A stretch of DNA of 64,000 bases from the NCBI GenBank assembly GCA_030390025.1, contig CM059447.1, forward strand, positions 23,126,001-23,190,000. The letters are read 5' to 3'. The notes under the pieces are model-generated. The model was not told the DNA's origin. It was given only the letters and a program-made list of their open reading frames with translations, and did no database searches. Each line of letters opens with the position of its first letter. Positions within the stretch are counted from its first letter, which is position 1. Positions 51,401 through 63,490 of the stretch are shown here, one piece after another. This stretch comes from Squalus acanthias (taxonomy: Eukaryota). The translations under genes were made by a program, and so were the position numbers.

Positions 51401-53614
51401 TGGCAAACCAAGATAGATGTAGAGCACAAATTCATCAAAGCTTTCTCCAAAAGGAACACAATTCTTGTTCCAGTGTTACACTCCATCTATCTAGAGTCCA
51501 AAAAATGAATAAATAATGAACTGTACATGTCAGACTCCAGGAACAAGCTGCATACAATGGTACAAAATAAGAACTAGACTAAAGAACTCACTAACAAAAT
51601 AATCTTTCAGAAGGAAAGTAATTCTTTAGTTCAACATTTTAGAGAGTTTCAGAGCTAATAATTGAATGTTTTGTCAATATCCCAGTTTTAAATGTATTCA
51701 AATTCAATCATCAATGAAGAATTCAATAACATTTTTCAGTTTATGTTTTCGCTACTGCCTTAAGCATGTTCCAAACAATAGCATTTCAGTATTCTGTGCT
51801 GGCACAAATTGTATCTGACGTTGCAGATGAAATAATTTTAAGTGTATTAAGACTGTAAGGAAAGGGAGCATAAATAAGGCATTTTATTTAAAGCAGAAGT
51901 ACCATATAATTAACTGACTTCAACTTTAAAGTTCATTACTAAACTCAAAGCATGATTTTTTTGATATCATAGCTCAGTATTTTGCAGTGAGTGGCTTTGT
52001 CTACAAACAGCACAGCGGCTCTACTTATCACGGCAACGTCAACACTGCAGTGCTGGTTCCTTTGTTTCTCCGCCAGTGATAGAGCCAGAACCTAACATCT
52101 CACAAATTATATCGGTGTGATTGACAATGCTGGCACTGTTTGTAAACATAGACAGGCTTGCCAAATACTGTAGCCTATTAAAAATGAAATATCTTTACAA
52201 CAAAATGATCTAGAAGCACAGCATTTTGGAATGCAGCCATTTTAATGTTGAACTTTAAACAGACAAATAGTTCATATGGGGCATCAGCTGCTACAGGTCT
52301 GGCGTGGGTAGAAGCCATTGTTCTAAGACAACATTAGTCCGATTATAGTTCAACTCTAACAGCATTCCTTTTTCTTCTTGTCTAACGTGATGAAGAGATC
52401 AATATGATCCTCACAATTTGCAGTACAAATTGTTATCTGTTAGTCAGCTTACTAAAACATGATACCTTTATTGCAGTAAAGCTTTTATGTACTAACTGTA
52501 GCTGGTACAGTGCTATTGGTTAAAGTAAAAAGGTGCAGAAAATCTGTAAATTCCTTTTAAACATGACATTAATTTAATTTGAAGTAAAATTATATTTTAT
52601 ATCTTTTATATTTCTGGTTAAACATTTCTACCCATGACATTTTAGGGAAACAGCAGCTATAATATCTTAGCCCTTACTCATAAAAGAACTTAAATCATTT
52701 CTATGCTGCTACCCTGTCGGTGACTATGTTCTTGCAATATGAGCAGTCGTTGTACAACCCCCTTTTTCCTTTGTGAAAAACTGAACTGTGGCATGCATGA
52801 AATGCTTTTCTTTATATTATAAGCACAAACGTCATTGAAGAGCTCCCTTATTTGACTTTGCTGAACACATTTATTTTTTGTTGAAACAATTCAGCTTTGT
52901 AATAGCTGCAAATTGGCATATGAACTGCATTTACCTGCAATTAATTCTTTTCACCTTTACATTACTGCACTGGATCACCTACCCTGTTGCCATGTGAAAG
53001 TCTTGTTATATTACATAGTAATGCCAAGCCACTACCATACACTATAATCTGAAATTAGTTTCTTAAAAAGGAAACTACTGTTTTGTTAACCCTAAAACCT
53101 ACCACAGGGGCTAAATTAAAGACAACACATTTGACTTCTTCAAAACAAGTAAATTGCAATGAAACATAATCGCAAGACAGATGATAAACAAGTCTGATAT
53201 CCTTTCAAAGAGACTTTGCTGAGAAAAGGCTTTGTAGTACAAGGACTTGTCTTTTAATGAAATCTAGTTTATCTGTAATGAAAATGACAGTGAAATGCTG
53301 TGCCATTTTAACCCTTTAATTACTGAATTTCTAAAGCAACTTTAAGAATGATATTTTGCTTTCCTTAGTTCTTTCCCCCATCACGCCACACACCACTCAC
53401 TGGTCAAAGGGTGTGAATCTGTTTGCTCCCAGGCTCCTGCCAATGTTGTTCTCTAATCAGCTGCTAAGACATGCACAAGAGTGGCCTAGGGTGACTTGGC
53501 CTCTGACTGCTGCCTGCTTCTCCTCTGGGAAAGCTTTTGCGTCTCATGAGCAATTTTCCTTAAAGGCTGAACTAAAGTTAGAAATTGATTTTTCACCAAT
53601 CTGCCTTAGAATGA

Positions 53615-54290
53615 TGGGCCTTGCAATTGGATGGTGCCACGCTTGTTTCTCAGGCTGCTAAATGGTTGCTTAAGCCTCCAATATGGCAGGCTGGAATCGC
53701 ACGCTCATTATGAGCCGGAAGTGCACTGACCGCTATATTGATGTAGGCCACCTCTGCAATATTGGGTTGGCTGCGTTCAGGAAAACCAAGATTACATGCA
53801 GTCTAACGGGCAAGTCCTTAAAGGAACCGCTGCAGGCTACAACCAACAAGGTAAGTGATTAAAATATACATACTTGTGGAGTCAGAAGGAGCAGGAGTGC
53901 TGCCAGCCACCGTGCCCACCCCCTGGCAGATTGGCGAGGTGATCCTCTTCAATGTCGGCCGCTAGCTGCCCTGATTGCTGCCGTTCACCACCCACCCACC
54001 CTTCCCGATTCCAGCCACTGGTACCCACCCCCCGATCATCACTGCCCTCCCTCCCGATCACTGCTACCCTCCCTCCCGATTGCCACCCTTCCCAGTAGCC
54101 CCCTCTTCCAATTGCCTCCCCCCTTTAAGTACCTTCCTGTGCTGTGCGTCACAGCGGCCCGATCTTCAAGTCCTCCTCTCCGGCAAGCTGCCTGGAATGC
54201 CCATTAGGCATCTGCAGCTCGGCAGCTTGATAATATTGAGGCCCGAGGACTAATATTCCGTGCACCTCGGGCCTAACCATTCAGGCACAG
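53615..54290. mobile_element. GC-rich non-autonomous DNA transposon relic (Harbinger-like)
   Basis: CpG-rich block with cccgatc repeats and aggagcaggagtgc, shared in reverse with the insert at about 30040. Confidence 0.45.
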
Positions 54291-54389
54291 GGATTGTTCC
54301 TAGGCTATGATGTCTACAATCTTTGTATTTGTAATGTTGAATATTATAATATTGTAGGTTCTATTGAGAAGATCTACATCAGAAGAATC

Positions 54390-55570
54390 AGGTCTACTTC
54401 AATATGATTTTCATCTGCTCCATTTTGCTCATTCCACCATCTTATTAAAAGTTATCAATATCTCCTCGCAGCTTCCTTTAGTCCTCAGAATGATTTACTA
54501 TGCCTCCTATTTTAGCATCATTGCAAATTTGGACATCACTCCCTCCAGCCTTATATCCAAATCATTGATGTATACAGTGAACCGAAGTGGACCCGGAAGG
54601 GAACATTGTGGGACAACATTACGCACTTCCAACCAGTCTGAGAAACTGCCCTCAAGTCCGACTGTTTCCTCCCTTCTAACCAATTGTTTAATCCAGATTG
54701 TTCCAATCTTCTCCAATAGTTTCCTGTGTGGTACCTTGTCAAGAGCTTTCTGAAAGTCCATGTACAGGAAACTTTCGTTTATCCGGCATCGACAGGACCG
54801 GCGTGGTGCCGGTTTATCGAAAGTACCGGATAACGGAGAGTTATATCTACCGAGGCTATTTTTAACAAAGAGACTCCAGGCAGCACGGGAGAATCAACTC
54901 CTGCTACTGCAGTGTATCGGACTTCCGACAGCGCCAGGAGGCCGAATAGTGGCACTTTTGAAAAGTACCCCTACTGACTAAATCGGCGTTCGCGAACTCG
55001 GACTCGGACTCGGGATCGGCAACATTGCCGGTTATTTGAGAGGAGTTTTCGGAGCACTCGGCGTTCGCGGAGACTCGACTGCAACTCGGCAACATTGCCG
55101 GTTATTTGAGAGGAGTTTTCGGAGGATGATTTTTGCCGGTTAAGCGAGAATTCCGGATATTTGGGTGCCGGATAAACGGAAGTTTCCTGTACATTGCATT
55201 TCCCCATTCCACCAAGTCCGTCACCTCCTCGAAGAACTCTGTCAAGACCAGTCTTCCTTTCTGAAATCTGTGTTGCCTGCTCTAATTATTTTACCTTCTT
55301 CTAGATATTTAGTAATTTTACCTTTAATATTAATTACTAAATTACCCCCATAATTTCTGCCCTATTTCTTCCCCCATTTCCCCTCAGATCCTTGAATGTA
55401 TCCAGTCAGGTCCCAGAAATGTGTCCTCCTTATATTTTAACTAACTTCTTTAATACTTTCCTTTTAATTATTATATCTCATCTCGCTTTTAACTAATTCA
55501 GAATTCACCTTCCCCAGTATCTTTCTCTTTTATAAACACTGATGCAAAGTACTTCTTAAGAATCCCTGCC
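54390..55570 (-). mobile_element. Degenerate CR1 RT interrupted by a MITE
   Basis: ORF 54507-54761 MDFQKALDKVPHRKLL...VPQCSLPGPLRFTVYINDLD...SKFA. Confidence 0.85.
54765..55189. mobile_element. Tc1/mariner (Tigger/pogo-like) MITE, 425 bp
   Basis: TA|CAGGAAACTTTCGTTTATCCGGCA ... TGCCGGATAAACGGAAGTTTCCTG|TA. 24-bp TIRs with 1 mismatch and a TA TSD. Confidence 0.92.
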
Positions 55571-56239
55571 AATTTATCATATTTTTTTTGCAGATATTTA
55601 CATTCATGTTATTCTCTATGTGAAATAAAGACTACTCCTGTTTACTTGGTACAAAAATTACACCTAAGCTCATGGAATAAAATAACATTTGTGATTGGCA
55701 ACAGGTGGAATTCTAATCCAGGCGAAAGGCTGAATCATTAATTTATTGTTGAGACTAATGTGTTACAATAAACAAGTGGTTTCTCTATGCACGCATTCTT
55801 TAAAACATGTAAGAGTTTATCAGCTGTACTGGATACATTACAACACAACTATCATTGCTATAATGTATAGCATGATTTATAACACATTACTCACCTCTGC
55901 TACAAGTTTAGAAATTGCATTCATAACTGCAGGCAATAAACAAGCATTTATAAATACAAGCCCAGAGAACAGCAAAGAGGAGAAACTAATATAAAAAATA
56001 TTTTAATAAATCAAAAACATGTTATTTAAAATGGAAAACTATGGAGCTAACAGGTATGATCCAAAATACATTAAGATTAATTTTCCTCTTATTACTGTGC
56101 CTAAACAATATTTGGCTGTGAAAAAATTGGGTTTCTATTTATTTCTATTTTCTCAGTTCCATATTCATCCCCTTAAAAATCAGCTTTTTTCCAACTTATT
56201 ACTTTGGTCTTTGTCTTACTTATGTCCTTCTCAATCTTT

Positions 56240-57050
56240 ATCTTAAACCATATTATGTTGTGACCGTTATTGCCTAGATGTCCTCCTACACTTCTCTTAT
56301 CTGTTCTGTCCATTTTCCGTTACTAGATCCAGCAGTATTCCTTCTTTTGTTGACTTTTTACATACTGGGTAAGAAAGGAGTCCTGCACACGTAAAAACTA
56401 CATTCCCTGTATCACTTTTGCTACCTCTTCTTACCAGTTTATTTGGGGGTAGTTAAAATCTACCATGATTCTATGTCCTTTACTTATTTCACATATTTGC
56501 TTACATCTTTCTTCCTCCACCTCCTTTCCACTATTAGGTGGTCTGTAGTATACCCCTATTAGTATGATTGATCCCTTATCTTTTATTTCAATCCATATGG
56601 ATTCTGTTTTTAACCTTGTTAGTTATGTCCCTTTTTTTTACTGCCATTATGTTATCGTTAATTAGTACAGCTACCAACCCCCCTTCCTTCCCTGTACTTT
56701 CTGATTATGTTATAACCTGCAATATTTAGTTGCCGGTCCTGTTCTTTATGTAGCCATATTTCAGTTATTCCTACTACATCTGGTTCCTCGCTAAAAATTA
56801 TTGCCTCCAGTTCCCCCGTTTTATTTTGAATGCTGTGTACATTGCTGTACAGGCAATTTAATTTGTCTTTAGTGGTTCCTTTTACTTTATTTTTTAACAG
56901 TCCTTTTATACTTCTGTTTTATAACTGTATTTGTTCCCTGACCGGTTATGTTACCCTTGTTCCTTACCTTGGTCTGACCTTTATGCTCATCTCCTATTTC
57001 TTTTGTCTTCAGACTTATGTTATTTTCACCAGATCCTTCCCCTGTCTTAC
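56240..57050 (-). mobile_element. Degenerate CR1, endonuclease region
   Basis: Minus strand gggtatactacagaccacctaatagtgga (GVYYRPPNSG-like), gtagattttaactacccc (DFNYP), atagcataactgaaatatgg-like ITExW motif near 56760. Confidence 0.75.
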
Positions 57051-58059
57051 TTGTTGAAATTAATCGAATTGAGACATGCAGTTGCGTTCAAATAATTTGC
57101 AGTTGCACACCGCATGACTTACACTGGGGAAATTGTCAATTGCAATGTGTATGCATTATATTTAATGGGTAGTTTTATACAATAAACCTTTCCTAAGCCC
57201 ACACAGATACACAACAGCAGACAGAAATTGCATTGTATACATAGCTCAAACTAAAAAAGGTTTTAATTTTCTGGATTAAAAGCAGTGCTGTTTTTATTTA
57301 CCTTTTTGTCATCATTTACTTTTATTCTTTTTTTTAGCTCCCTCCATATTATGCACCTTTCCCGAGCTGAAAGGGTGAGCAGGCAATCTGCTCCCAAGCC
57401 TCAATCAATTGAGTTTTGGTGCTTTTGACATTGGGCCACTTGGAAGTGCACAAGAGTGCTTCAGGACAATTTACGCTCCACTCCTTTCCCAGAAGCAACT
57501 GTCTTCCACTTGACGACACTATTGAGATCAGAAATTTGCCATGTGGGACTTTGTAGGACCAAGTTAGAGTCCTTCACCTTTGTTTTTGATTTAAATGTTT
57601 TTCTTTATTACTCAGTCATAAAATGTATTTTACAAGGTGCATGCAGCACATTGCCCATTTAAAATAAATAAGTTAATGCCTGTATTAAAATAGCAAACAG
57701 AGGAATGTAATACAAATGCATTAAGTGTCCACTGATATTACCAAGAGCATTGGTCACAATTCATTTATTCCTCTCTTTCTTTAGGTGAGCATCATGCATG
57801 TTTCTGCACTCCCATTAGAAAATAAGTGTTATTTTCTCCAAAATATATACGCCCAAACTAGCTCACTGCATCATATTTAGTCTCAGAGCTCAGCAAATTT
57901 TTCAAGGCTTCAGTCTTTTACTGTGTAAAAAATTAAGTGCATCGTGCAGAATGAACATGACGCCCGATTCCCTGATGTTACCGTTGGGTAGTGGTCCCTT
58001 GCAGGTAGCATGCATGCAACATGGAATCAGACGGGTAGACTCAAACACCAGCAGCACTG

Positions 58060-58680
58060 AGCTCTAGATTCAGTGGGGCTCAATGTTTTGGGTTTTTTTG
58101 AGGCCACTGTGGTAATGTGCAAAGGCCTCATTATATCCTGGTCAAATCCACCAAGCTCTGCAGGTCAGTCTAGCATTGCAGGAGCACGCACTAGGGCCAC
58201 AATTACAGACACGTGTGCAGCGAGAGCAACAGGGCCACGATCGGGCCATGTGGAGGAGCAGAGAGAACAACGGGGCCTGATCCTCCTCGCCCACAAGGAG
58301 TGCTAAAAGGAGCTGATCTTCAGTCCTTACCATAGCCAGTTTGCACCTCCCACCTCGGATCTGCTGCTTGGAATCTCATTTTGTGGGCCTCCCCCTCACT
58401 TACTGTCAAATTTAAATCACAGCACCGATGATGTCATCGGTCCGGGACTTTTGAATGTTAATACAGCCTTTTACAGGAGCCTCGTCGATGGCCTGATTTC
58501 TGTTTCTTAAATTTTAAATGAGCGGGAATGGTGTCGGGTTACTCAATCCAAATATTTGAATCCCCCCCAACACCCGAACTTCTGCTGTCCATCAGGGGGC
58601 GGGAGGCTTTAAGGTCTGTGAGGTGGGGGCGAATTTCAGAAATAGGTGGAAACCCAATTTTTCCACAGCCAAAATAATGA
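58060..58680. mobile_element. GC-rich DNA transposon relic
   Basis: gatgatgtcatc and cccacaaggag motifs shared with other Harbinger-like elements in the window. Confidence 0.4.
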
Positions 58681-59149
58681 GAGGAAAATTAATCTTAATG
58701 TACTTTGCATCATACCTGTTAACGCCATAGTTTTCCAGTTTGAATTTGATTTCTTAAAATATTTTTTGGATTAGTTTCTCCTGCTCTTTGGCTCTCAGCT
58801 GCCTCAAAGGGTTCAGCCACAGGGGCTACACCAAGAAATACAAGATTAAGTGGTGTAGCACGTTACACACAGACTATTACGAAAGGGGAACCACTGGTAA
58901 AAGGCACTAGATTCAGAGAGACATAACATTTTAAATAATAAAATATGGTGGCACTGAAGTTGCAACGTGCACAGACAGGTTCATTTGTATGGCTGTAAAA
59001 GAGGCGCATGCAGTGAAGAGGTGTGGCTGGCTGGCAGTTAAGTAGGGTGACAGTGCAAATGTTGAGAATGGTGATTTATTCCAGACCGTAAAAAAGATGA
59101 TTAAGAAAAACTCTCCTCTACGGGAAACCGCCCAATGGTTCTTGCAATT

Positions 59150-59960
59150 GCCAAAGGTGCTTGTAGTTGCACTTCAGAGAGTTCTTGCTTCGGCTGATGC
59201 ACATGGGTACCTAGTTGAATAGTGAAGCTACGGAGAATGCAGCAGGCTGTGATTATTCTGGAAGCTGGGCTGTACCAGAGGATGCCCCCGACTTAGAATT
59301 GTTGCTTGGACATGCTTATGATGTGTTCAATGATGGTTCTGGTGGAGGCATGCACCTCCTTATACCTGTGCTCCACAAATGCTACAGAAGGATCATGATC
59401 CAATACTTTAGCGAGTGTCTCTGGTTTCACTGGATTCAACCTTTGACTTTTTTGGTTATCAGCAAATAATGGGGGCATGGTGGGTTGCCGTAAATTAAAG
59501 GCATTGTGGCTGCTGTCAGAGTTTGTGTATTTACCGGCATTATCCTGTGCGGATGGTCATGCACAAGCTGAGCACTAATTAAGTAGAAGCCCTTGCAGGT
59601 CATGTATAGGCCACTCCTGTGTGCAGGAGCAAGGGAATCTTGCCATTTGGAAAAATCGTACAGCTCTCTCCTGTTGTTCTATGTTACCCATGGGAAAAGA
59701 ATGTGATTGCTTACTCTTACAAACAAGGCATCAGCTTGATGCACCTGCACACTGCAGACTGACTGTTGTTGCTGATGTTCCTGCTGGCAGCCTGCAAAAT
59801 GCCAGAGGCAAGAATGATCAGGGCTGCTGTGGCCTTCACTGGCAATGCTATGTTTCCCTTCAGGTCTGACTGGAGGTCCCCCCGGAGCACGAACCACAAC
59901 TCGGCCTTAACTGCCAAATGAATCTGAGTCATCGCATGCATTGCTCCCTGTGAGGTTGAG
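59150..59960 (-). pseudogene. PIF/Harbinger (HARBI1-like) DDE transposase relic
   Basis: ALPVKATAALIILASGILQ...SQSAVCRCI (59717-60049 ORF), EHRYKEVHASTRTIIEHIISMSKQQF (59293-59478 ORF), then GGILWYSP...IITACCIL. Contains stops and frameshifts. Confidence 0.85.
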
Positions 59961-60166
59961 ATAATTGCGCTATGGTTGATATATTCAGTTTGCAGGGTAA
60001 TGGTGGATAGGAGCCCTCCTGCTGAAATGTAGCGCTGTTTCCCTGGCATTTAAAAATTCTTCCTTCACCAAATAACAAATATAGATTTGTATTCTGAAGT
60101 GAGTACCCATTGTGCGAAATAGGAAATGCAAACTGAGCTTAAAAATCTCCATGACACAATATGTAT

Positions 60167-60298
60167 ATGATGCGGAGATGCCGGTGTTGGACTGGGGTGG
60201 ACAAAATTGAGAGGTCGCACAACACCAGGTTATAGTCCAACAGTTTTATTTGAAATCACAAGCTTTCGGAGCTATCGATTGCTCCTTCCTCAGGTGAA
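60167..60298 (-). mobile_element. Short Penelope-derived terminal-repeat element of about 130 bp carrying a hammerhead and AATAAA
   Basis: Minus strand: ttcacCTGAGGAaggagc...gctccGAAAgcttgtgatttcAAATAAAactgttggactataacctggtg...ccggcatctccgcatcat. Confidence 0.7.
60256..60297 (-). ncRNA. Minimal type I hammerhead ribozyme motif
   Basis: TCAC-CTGAGGA-A-GGAGC-AATCGATA-GCTCC-GAAAG-CTT-GTGA: stem I TCAC/GTGA, stem II GGAGC/GCTCC, palindromic AGCT stem III, CUU site. Confidence 0.78.
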
Positions 60299-60831
60299 GT
60301 AAATTAGATACAGAATCGCCAAAGCATATATAGATAGAGAACAAAGCATGTGTACCTTACAATTGCAGACCACTAAATTAAATCATCCTGATTATCTGCC
60401 GAGGTGTGATAAAGTTAATCAAGTCAGCCAGGAAGGTACCACATCAAAGACATAGCAAGGAAGCTTGAAACTTGCTGCAAAAAATAACATTTAAATTAAA
60501 AATAGAAGTTGCTGGCTGCCCTTTTAAGGACATTTAGATCGAAAGGCGCAGCCGAGTAATGCAGAACACCTACTTTTTATGGGTGTTCTTGCAAATTGTC
60601 GAACGACCAGCGTTGGAACAGAAGAGTGATGGGGAAGGCATTATGGAATGTTTTACTATGTTAAAGGTGCTATATAAATGCAAGTTGTTGTTGTTGTATT
60701 ATTATTCCCTTCTGCACCATTTCCATTTCATTTGCAAACTCACGCTTGAAGTGAGGGCGTCTCCCGCACCTGCTTGTTTCGCACCAGAAGTGTGCATCAT
60801 GTTTATTTTTACACATGTGTCAACCTATTTG

Positions 60832-61170
60832 GGGGTGTGGTGGTGGTGTGGTTTTGTCACTGGACTATCCAGAGACCTGGACTAATCTAGAGAACATGAG
60901 TTCAAATCCCACCATGACAGTTTGAGAATCTGGAAGTAAAAAGTTGGTATCAGAAAAAGTGACCATGAAGCTTGTAGTAAAAACCCAAGTGAATCGCTAA
61001 TTTTCTTTAGGGAAGGAAACCTGTCATTCTTACCCAGTCTGGCCGATATGTGACTCCAGTCCCACACAAACGTGGTTGACTCAACTGCCCTCTGAGGTGG
61101 CCTAGTTGTGGCAACGAGAGATAGGCAATAAATGCCAGCTTTGCTAGTGAAGCCCACATTCCGCAAATGA
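60832..61170 (+). mobile_element. tRNA-derived SINE whose tail matches the LINE tails at 8.1 and 39.7 kb
   Basis: B box gagttcaaatcc; tail ggcaacgagagataggcaataaatgccagc...cccacatt. Confidence 0.75.
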
Positions 61171-61283
61171 ATATATATTTTTTTTAAAGATTAAAAATAC
61201 ACACAGGAATATAGTGTGAATACCTCAAGCATTTATATCTTAATATTGCCAAATGGAGGTTCTTGGCTGAGAAGTACAATAAT

Positions 61284-62022
61284 GGGGGAGAAATTCATTA
61301 TAGCTCCGTTTGGGGCGCTAACTTTTAAAAGTTGAAAAAATTAGCGCCAGGCGCTAATGTTGCTCAACTTTAAAAAAAATTAAGTTTTGCGCTCCAGGAA
61401 GGAAGTGGGGCGCTAAATCAAGCACTTCACATCCTTCCTGGAGTGCAACAGGCAGCAGGCGGGGCGGTAGGTGAGCAGCGCTGCACACTGGGCCATCCAA
61501 CACTGCTGCGTTGGAAGGCTCCTTCCCTCCCTTAAAGGGAAGGGCCATCGCTGCAGGCTCTGCATGGGAAAGCAACTTACCTGGTCCCTGACGGCAGCCG
61601 CAATCCGGCCCGATCAGCCCGATGCACTGCAGCAGAGTGCCAGGCTGATCGAGCGCTGGGGAAAAAAGGAAAAAAACCAAAATGAGCATTTGATTATTTT
61701 TTTCCCTACCTCGGCCACCTCGCCTTTAAGTATCGTCCCCAAAGCGCCCGGCCTCCCGATGAACGCCTGCTGCAGCTGCCGGTGTTGTCGCTGCAGGGGG
61801 CAAAACCGATGTTCGGGTCCGGGGTGATGCGCATGCCGATGATGTCACGATCTCCGGGTGAAGGAGATTGGGGCGCAACGCCCATACTGCTGCCGCAAAC
61901 CTCCCGCCGAATTTAGCGGGAGGCGATATTCTCGCTGTGCCCAGGCAGTAAGTGGTTAGCGCACCGTTATCGCCCCCTCGGAGGCAATAACGGGAGGCGC
62001 GAAGGTACCCAATTTCTCCCCC
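61284..62022. mobile_element. PIF/Harbinger-type non-autonomous element
   Basis: TIRs GGGGGAGAAATT ... AATTTCTCCCCC; very CpG-rich; no matching TSD. Confidence 0.75.
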
Positions 62023-62067
62023 CTTGTTAAAAATAATCCACTATACCAAAGTCAACAAAAAGACAAT

Positions 62068-62590
62068 GGGCTGAATCCTAACCCCCAAAAACGGCTGGGT
62101 TGGGGTCAGATGAGATGTTAAAATTTTAAAACTCTCCAACCCAACCCCAACTCACCCACTTTTGGGTTTAACGGAGGCAGGACAATGGGCGGGCGGGCGT
62201 GCAGACAACCCACTCCCAGGAGGTGGGTTGGCCAATTAAATATTTTAATGAGGCTGCGTGCCTCTGATTTAACCGGCAGGTTTAACCCTGGCCGGCTGGG
62301 TTTCCAAGGCCTCAGGAAACCCTGCAGCTGAAGGGAATCGAGGACTGCTTCAGGGAGAAGGTAAGTACTTCCCCCTGGCCCTCCAAGCTCCCTTCCTACC
62401 GCCCGGGGTCAAGGATCGGATCCCCCCTCCAGGGTCGGGGATCAGATCCCATCCCCCCCACACTCCTACCAGCAGCAGCGGGCGAATTACCTGCGGCTGC
62501 GGCCTCCTCCAGAGTGCTCCCCGCCCGACTGGAAGCCAAGCCTGTCAATCGCACTGCCTTCCTGGTGAGGAACCTGTCAATGCAAAACTA
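62068..62590. mobile_element. Harbinger-like element truncated next to CR1
   Basis: Left terminus GGGCTGAATCCT; interior similar in style to 30942-31813. Confidence 0.5.
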
Positions 62591-62597
62591 CGCACGC

Positions 62598-63490
62598 TGT
62601 GGAGTCAAAACACAAATCACTAAAAGTAGCAATGCAGGTTAATAAGGCCATAAAAAAAAAATCAAACCAAGCACTAGGGTTTATTTCTAGAGAGATAGAA
62701 TGGAAAAGTAGAGAAGTTATGCTAAACTTGTATCGAACCTTGATTAGACCACGCTTGGAGTACTGTGTACAGTTCTGGTCGCCATATTATAAAAAGGATA
62801 TAGAGGCATTCAAGAGGGTGCAAAAAATATTTACAAGGATGATACTAGAAATGCGAGGTTATACCTATCAGGAAAGGATGAACAGGCTGGGTCTCTTTTC
62901 TCTTGAAAAGAGAAGGCTGACGGGTGACCTAATAGAGGTCTTTAACATTATGAAAGGTTTTGATAGAGTAGATACAGAGACCTAGAAATTTGTCTCGGGC
63001 AGTGGCGCAAACCGGGCGGTATCGGATCGGCCGCCCGTTATACACAGCAACCGATATTGCAGTCAATGGAACTGAGTATCAGCCGCTGTGTATAACAGGC
63101 GGCCAATCCGATACCGTCCGTTTTGTGCGACCACCCGAGATGAATTTCTAGGCCAGAGAGAGTGTTTCCACTTGTGAGGAAGAGCAAAACTAGAGGCCAT
63201 CAATATAAGATAGTCACCAAGAAATCAAATAGCGAATTCAGAAGAAACTTCTTTACCCAGAGAGTGGTGAGAATGTGGTACTCGCTACCACAGGGAGTGC
63301 TTGAGGCGAATAGTATAGATGCATTTAAGGGGAAGCTAGATAAGCATATGAGGGAGAAGGGAATAGAGGGTTGTGCTGATAGAGTTAGATGAGGAAGGAT
63401 AGGAGGCTCGAGTGGAGCATAAACGCCTGCATAGACTGGTTGGGTGGAATGGCCTGTTTGTGTGGTGTATAATTTATGGAATTCTATGTA
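62598..63490 (+). mobile_element. CR1 LINE 3' part split by a palindromic MITE
   Basis: ORFs 62599-62985 and 63162-63392 are consecutive pieces of the CR1 RT C-terminus. Confidence 0.93.
62979..63154. mobile_element. 176-bp fold-back MITE (Harbinger-type TIR, probable AGA TSD)
   Basis: aga|GACCTAGAAATT ... AATTTCTAGGCC|aga. Absent from the homologous CR1 position at about 37355; whole element is palindromic. Confidence 0.88.

Noticed and set aside
54985-55125. CRISPR-like repeat-spacer pattern
   Set aside because: Only two repeat units, inside a eukaryotic MITE, with no cas genes.
57765-57790. Plus-strand polypyrimidine-TAG|GTGAGC recursive splice motif
   Set aside because: No plus-strand gene evidence; such motifs arise by chance.
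59150-60049. Domesticated HARBI1 gene
   Set aside because: Stops, frameshifts and degraded motifs indicate a dead transposon copy.
61284-62590. Second CpG-island promoter
   Set aside because: The CpG-rich block is bounded by transposon TIRs.
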